From Bacillota bacterium (GTDB lineage: Bacteria; Bacillota; Clostridia; Acetivibrionales; DSM-1351): a stretch of DNA of 64,000 nt. The stretch covers positions 44,805 through 108,804 of the forward strand of contig JAEVZU010000183.1 of assembly GCA_023392075.1 (NCBI GenBank), read 5' to 3'. A model generated the notes under the pieces. It saw nothing but the letters and a program-made list of their open reading frames with translations. It made no database searches and was not told where the DNA came from. The position numbers were made by a program, and so were the translations under genes. Shown one piece after another: positions 60,725 to 64,000 of the stretch; positions within the stretch are counted from its first letter, which is position 1; every line of letters starts with the position of its first letter.

Positions 60725-61399
60725 ATGTATAAAATTTTTCTTGTTGAAGATGACGGTGTGATTTCATCAGAGATTAAAAAGCATTTGCAAAGATGGGGCT
60801 ATGACGTGCACTGTGCCGGTGATTTCAATAATGTTACGGAGGAATTTATAAAGTTTGATCCCCAGCTGGTGTTGATGGATATATCTCTCCCGTTTTATAA
60901 CGGTTTTTACTGGTGCACCGAGATCAGAAAGTTATCCAAGATCCCGGTGGTTTTTATTTCTTCCGCCAGTGACAATATGAATATTGTAATGGCTGTCAAT
61001 ATGGGCGGGGATGACTTTATTGCAAAGCCCTTTGATTTAGAGGTGCTTACCGTCAAAGTACAGGCAATACTAAGGAGAACTTATGCTTACAATGAACAGA
61101 CGGCTTACCAGGAACACAATGGCGTTTTGTTCAATTCAATGGACGGGACCCTGGTATACCGCAATCAAAAGCTGGAGCTGACCAAGAATGAGCAGAGGAT
61201 CATACAACTGCTCTATGAGAACATTGGAAAGATTGTAAGCCGGGAGCAGATTATGAAACGCTTGTGGGATAATGATTGTTTTGTAGATGACAACACGCTT
61301 ACAGTAAACATTACCAGGTTGCGTAAAAAACTAGAGGATGCTTCCATAGAAAACTTTATACAAACTAAAAAAGGCTTGGGATATATGCTGGGAGGTTAG
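60725..61399 (+). CDS. OmpR-family response regulator (BceR/GraR-like)
   Basis: DISLPFYNGFYWC, GGDDFIAKPF, DDNTLTVNITRLR. Confidence 0.93.
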   Translation: MYKIFLVEDDGVISSEIKKHLQRWGYDVHCAGDFNNVTEEFIKFDPQLVLMDISLPFYNGFYWCTEIRKLSKIPVVFISSASDNMNIVMAVNMGGDDFIAKPFDLEVLTVKVQAILRRTYAYNEQTAYQEHNGVLFNSMDGTLVYRNQKLELTKNEQRIIQLLYENIGKIVSREQIMKRLWDNDCFVDDNTLTVNITRLRKKLEDASIENFIQTKKGLGYMLGG

Positions 61400-61400
61400 C

Positions 61401-62444
61401 TTGAGCACAGCGAAAGGAATGATAGTTAATATGGGAAACAGGCATCCTTTAGAGATTTTTCAACAATATGTCAGAGATAGACGAAAAGTGATTTTGATGT
61501 TTCTCCTGTACCAGATTATTTTTTGTATCATATGCGCTTTGTATCAGATGGAGAATCTGGACAAGCTTCTTTACGGTGTCTACATTTCAATTTTTATAAG
61601 TCTTTGCATCGGTGTATGGGATTTTATCATGTATGTTGACAGGGTAGGAAAAACCCGGGAAATTTATTCAAATCTTGAGAATGTGATTGAAATGCTGCCT
61701 CAGGCAGCCGACTTGAAGGAAAGGCAATATCAGGAAATTATCAAGGGTTTAAATGAGGAAATGCGGCAATTGCAATTCAAGACAAATCTAAAAGAATCGG
61801 AAATGAAGGATTATTACTCGTTGTGGGCACATCAGGTAAAAACACCTCTGGCGGCAATGAGGCTCATGCTCCAGAATGATGAAAAGGAGATCAGCTCTTA
61901 TGCCTTGCAGGAAGAATTATTTAAGATTGAACAATATATAGAAATGGTACTGCATTATCTCAGACTGGAAAATATGTCTTCGGATATGATCTTGAGGGAA
62001 TACAGGTTAAAGGATATTGTCAACCAGGCTGTTAAAAAAAATGCCGTATTGTTTATTAACAGCAAGCTTTCCATTGATATCAGGAACTTTGACTGCAAGG
62101 TCATAACCGACGAAAAGTGGCTTTTATTTGTCATAGAACAGCTTATTACCAATGCGGTCAAGTATACACCGGCAGGAGGTATAACAATTAGTCTGGAAAA
62201 AAATAATAATGAAAGATGGCTTGTTATTCAGGATACAGGCATTGGAATAAAGGCTGAAGATTTGCCAAGGATTTTTGAAAAAGGTTTTACAGGATATAAC
62301 GGGCGGTTTGACACAAGATCTACCGGAATAGGTCTTTATTTATGCAAGCAGGTTTTGGACAAATTATCCCATAAAATAGAGGTTTTTTCAGAGGTGGGCA
62401 AGGGTACAAAAGCCTGTATAGATGTGTCGGTAAGGACTTTTTAA
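61401..62444 (+). CDS. Intramembrane-sensing histidine kinase (BceS/GraS-like)
   Basis: Two close TM segments; WAHQVKTP; N, G1, F and G2 boxes. Confidence 0.92.
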   Translation: MSTAKGMIVNMGNRHPLEIFQQYVRDRRKVILMFLLYQIIFCIICALYQMENLDKLLYGVYISIFISLCIGVWDFIMYVDRVGKTREIYSNLENVIEMLPQAADLKERQYQEIIKGLNEEMRQLQFKTNLKESEMKDYYSLWAHQVKTPLAAMRLMLQNDEKEISSYALQEELFKIEQYIEMVLHYLRLENMSSDMILREYRLKDIVNQAVKKNAVLFINSKLSIDIRNFDCKVITDEKWLLFVIEQLITNAVKYTPAGGITISLEKNNNERWLVIQDTGIGIKAEDLPRIFEKGFTGYNGRFDTRSTGIGLYLCKQVLDKLSHKIEVFSEVGKGTKACIDVSVRTF

Positions 62445-62474
62445 TAGAACTAAAACATAACTTGACTCTTAGTG

Positions 62475-62640
62475 CTGGTGGTCTGTAACATCTAAAACGT
62501 ATATTGCCGTCGGGGAAAATTTTCGCAGCATAAGGCGGAGAACGAAGGCAATACTGTATGTATTGACAAGGACGACAACGAAATTCTGCGGGAATTTAAC
62601 CGTCGGCAATATGTGACTTTTAGGTGTTACAGACCACTAG
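62475..62640 (+). repeat. MITE-like repeat family A, copy 2
   Basis: 23-bp terminal inverted repeats with 2 mismatches (CTGGTGGTCTGTAACATCTAAAA / TTTTAGGTGTTACAGACCACTAG). Confidence 0.85.
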
Positions 62641-62695
62641 TTAAATTGTCGCTAAACTTTGCAGTTGCACAGTTTAGGCTGGTTTTACGGTTAAT

Positions 62696-62731
62696 CTTAC
62701 AAAAGTGTAAGGTTAACCGGTAAAATGTAAG
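62696..62731 (+). promoter_or_regulatory. BceR/GraR-type binding site
   Basis: CTTACA-AAAG-TGTAAG inverted repeat plus a secondary half-site AAAATGTAAG upstream of the ABC genes. Confidence 0.75.
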
Positions 62732-62949
62732 TCAGGTCTATGGCAGACAATTTCTAAATATTCCATAATATATCCATACCATCAATTAACAATGTACAAT
62801 ACGTTTTTGAGCGGCAAAATAGCCGGCGTGAGGCGTGTTGTATAGTGTCAATAGAGGGGAAAGTATTTTTAATAATAAACGAAAGGAATACAAGCCCTGA
62901 TGGTTGGTTCCGGAAGAATTGTGACTATCGTTGGGGCATGGAGGTTACT

Positions 62950-63717
62950 ATGGCACTTTTAGAAATAAAAAATGTAAAGAAGATATATACTTCAAGATTT
63001 GGCGGAAATAAGGTACAGGCGTTGGAAAGTGTTACCTTCTCGGTTGAGAAAGGCGAATATGTGGCAATAATGGGAGAGTCAGGCTCCGGCAAGACAACAC
63101 TTCTGAATATCCTGGCTTCTATTGATAAAGCCACAAGCGGGCAGGTTATGCTGGAGGGCAGGGACTTGTCAAAAATAAAACAAGGTGAGCTCTCGGCTTT
63201 TCGAAGAGATAATCTGGGTTTTGTTTTTCAGGATTTTAATTTGTTGGATACGTTTTCCTTGCAGGATAATATTTTTTTGCCGCTTGTTTTATCAGGCCAT
63301 TCCTATGAAGAAATGCACAAGAGACTTGACCCCCTGGCTAAAAAACTTGGAATAGACCAGCTGTTGCAAAAATATCCATATGAGGTATCAGGCGGTGAGA
63401 AGCAGCGGGCAGCGGCAGCCAGGGCCCTGATAACAAATCCCAAGATTATCCTGGCAGATGAACCTACCGGTGCGCTGGACTCCAAGGCTTCAGCCAGACT
63501 GCTCAGACTTTTTTCGGATATAAATGAAGAGGGACAGACAATATTGATGGTGACTCACAGTATACAGGCTGCAAGCCATGCGGGCAGAGTTCTGTTCATC
63601 AAGGACGGATGTGTTTTCAACCAGATATACCGTGCAAATGCTACCAAAGAGGAAATGTTTAAGAAAATAGCCGATACAATGACAGTTTTACAAACAGGGG
63701 GAACACAGTATGAATAA
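62950..63717 (+). CDS. ABC transporter ATP-binding protein (BceA-like)
   Basis: GESGSGKT, VSGGEKQR, ADEPTGALDS; ATG at 62950 after GGAGG. Confidence 0.93.
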   Translation: MALLEIKNVKKIYTSRFGGNKVQALESVTFSVEKGEYVAIMGESGSGKTTLLNILASIDKATSGQVMLEGRDLSKIKQGELSAFRRDNLGFVFQDFNLLDTFSLQDNIFLPLVLSGHSYEEMHKRLDPLAKKLGIDQLLQKYPYEVSGGEKQRAAAARALITNPKIILADEPTGALDSKASARLLRLFSDINEEGQTILMVTHSIQAASHAGRVLFIKDGCVFNQIYRANATKEEMFKKIADTMTVLQTGGTQYE

Positions 63718-64000
63718 GATGTTTCTTCTGCCGAAACTGGCTTTTGTGGGTATTAAGAAAAATGGAATAACTTACTTTCCATATATACTTGCAGGAATGT
63801 TTTCAGTTTTTGTATTCTTTGTTTTTTCATCCATAATAAATAATGATCTAATGAAAAAGCTCCCTCACAGTACCTATTTAGTGGTTCTTATGGGAATCGG
63901 CCTGTTTTTGCTGGGAGTTATATTGGTACCGTTTTTATTGTACTCAAACAGTTTTCTTATAAAGAGAAGGAAACTGGAGCTGGGATTATACAGTATTCTT
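63710..64000 (+). CDS. FtsX-like ABC permease (BceB-like), 5' part (runs off the window)
   Basis: MNKMFLLPKLAFVGIKKN..TYFPY..LYSNSFLIKRRKLELGLYSIL, open to the window end. Confidence 0.88.
   Translation, partial: MNKMFLLPKLAFVGIKKNGITYFPYILAGMFSVFVFFVFSSIINNDLMKKLPHSTYLVVLMGIGLFLLGVILVPFLLYSNSFLIKRRKLELGLYSIL

Noticed and set aside
1..64000. CRISPR array, rRNA, integrase or transposase
   Set aside because: No regularly spaced repeat-spacer array, rRNA-like sequence or recombinase/transposase ORF was seen

Overview
A 64-kb chromosomal window from a spore-forming, clostridial Firmicute. The gene content and style suggest Ruminiclostridium or a relative (inference). Most of it is housekeeping: argJ, alaS/tyrS/aroF with T-boxes, rpsU-yqeY, Trk K+ uptake, polA-coaE, murT-gatD, divIB-ftsA-ftsZ and a Bce-like TCS/ABC module. 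It also has an SLH/FMN-binding surface protein, a small L-QuiNAc-type sugar-nucleotide cluster after tRNA-Val, and several families of short palindromic intergenic repeats. The main observation is that the murA gene in front of divIB-ftsA-ftsZ is split exactly at its catalytic PGGC loop. The two halves (44073-44421 and 55775-56697) are both intact and are separated by an 11,368-bp segment bounded by a perfect 15-bp direct repeat, ATCCGGGTGGTTGTG. Deleting between the repeats restores an in-frame 418-aa MurA, and the excised-circle junction forms an att-like inverted repeat. Unlike skin-type elements, the segment encodes no recognisable recombinase. It carries core genes (polA, coaE, murT-gatD, aroF) and a sigmaA-type promoter that points out into the division genes. 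This is a candidate programmed, possibly sporulation-linked, DNA rearrangement. A second notable system is an AraC-linked locus of three secreted modular HEXXH metallopeptidases, a GH146/GH127-type beta-L-arabinofuranosidase and a sugar ABC transporter, which may degrade extensin-type plant glycoproteins.
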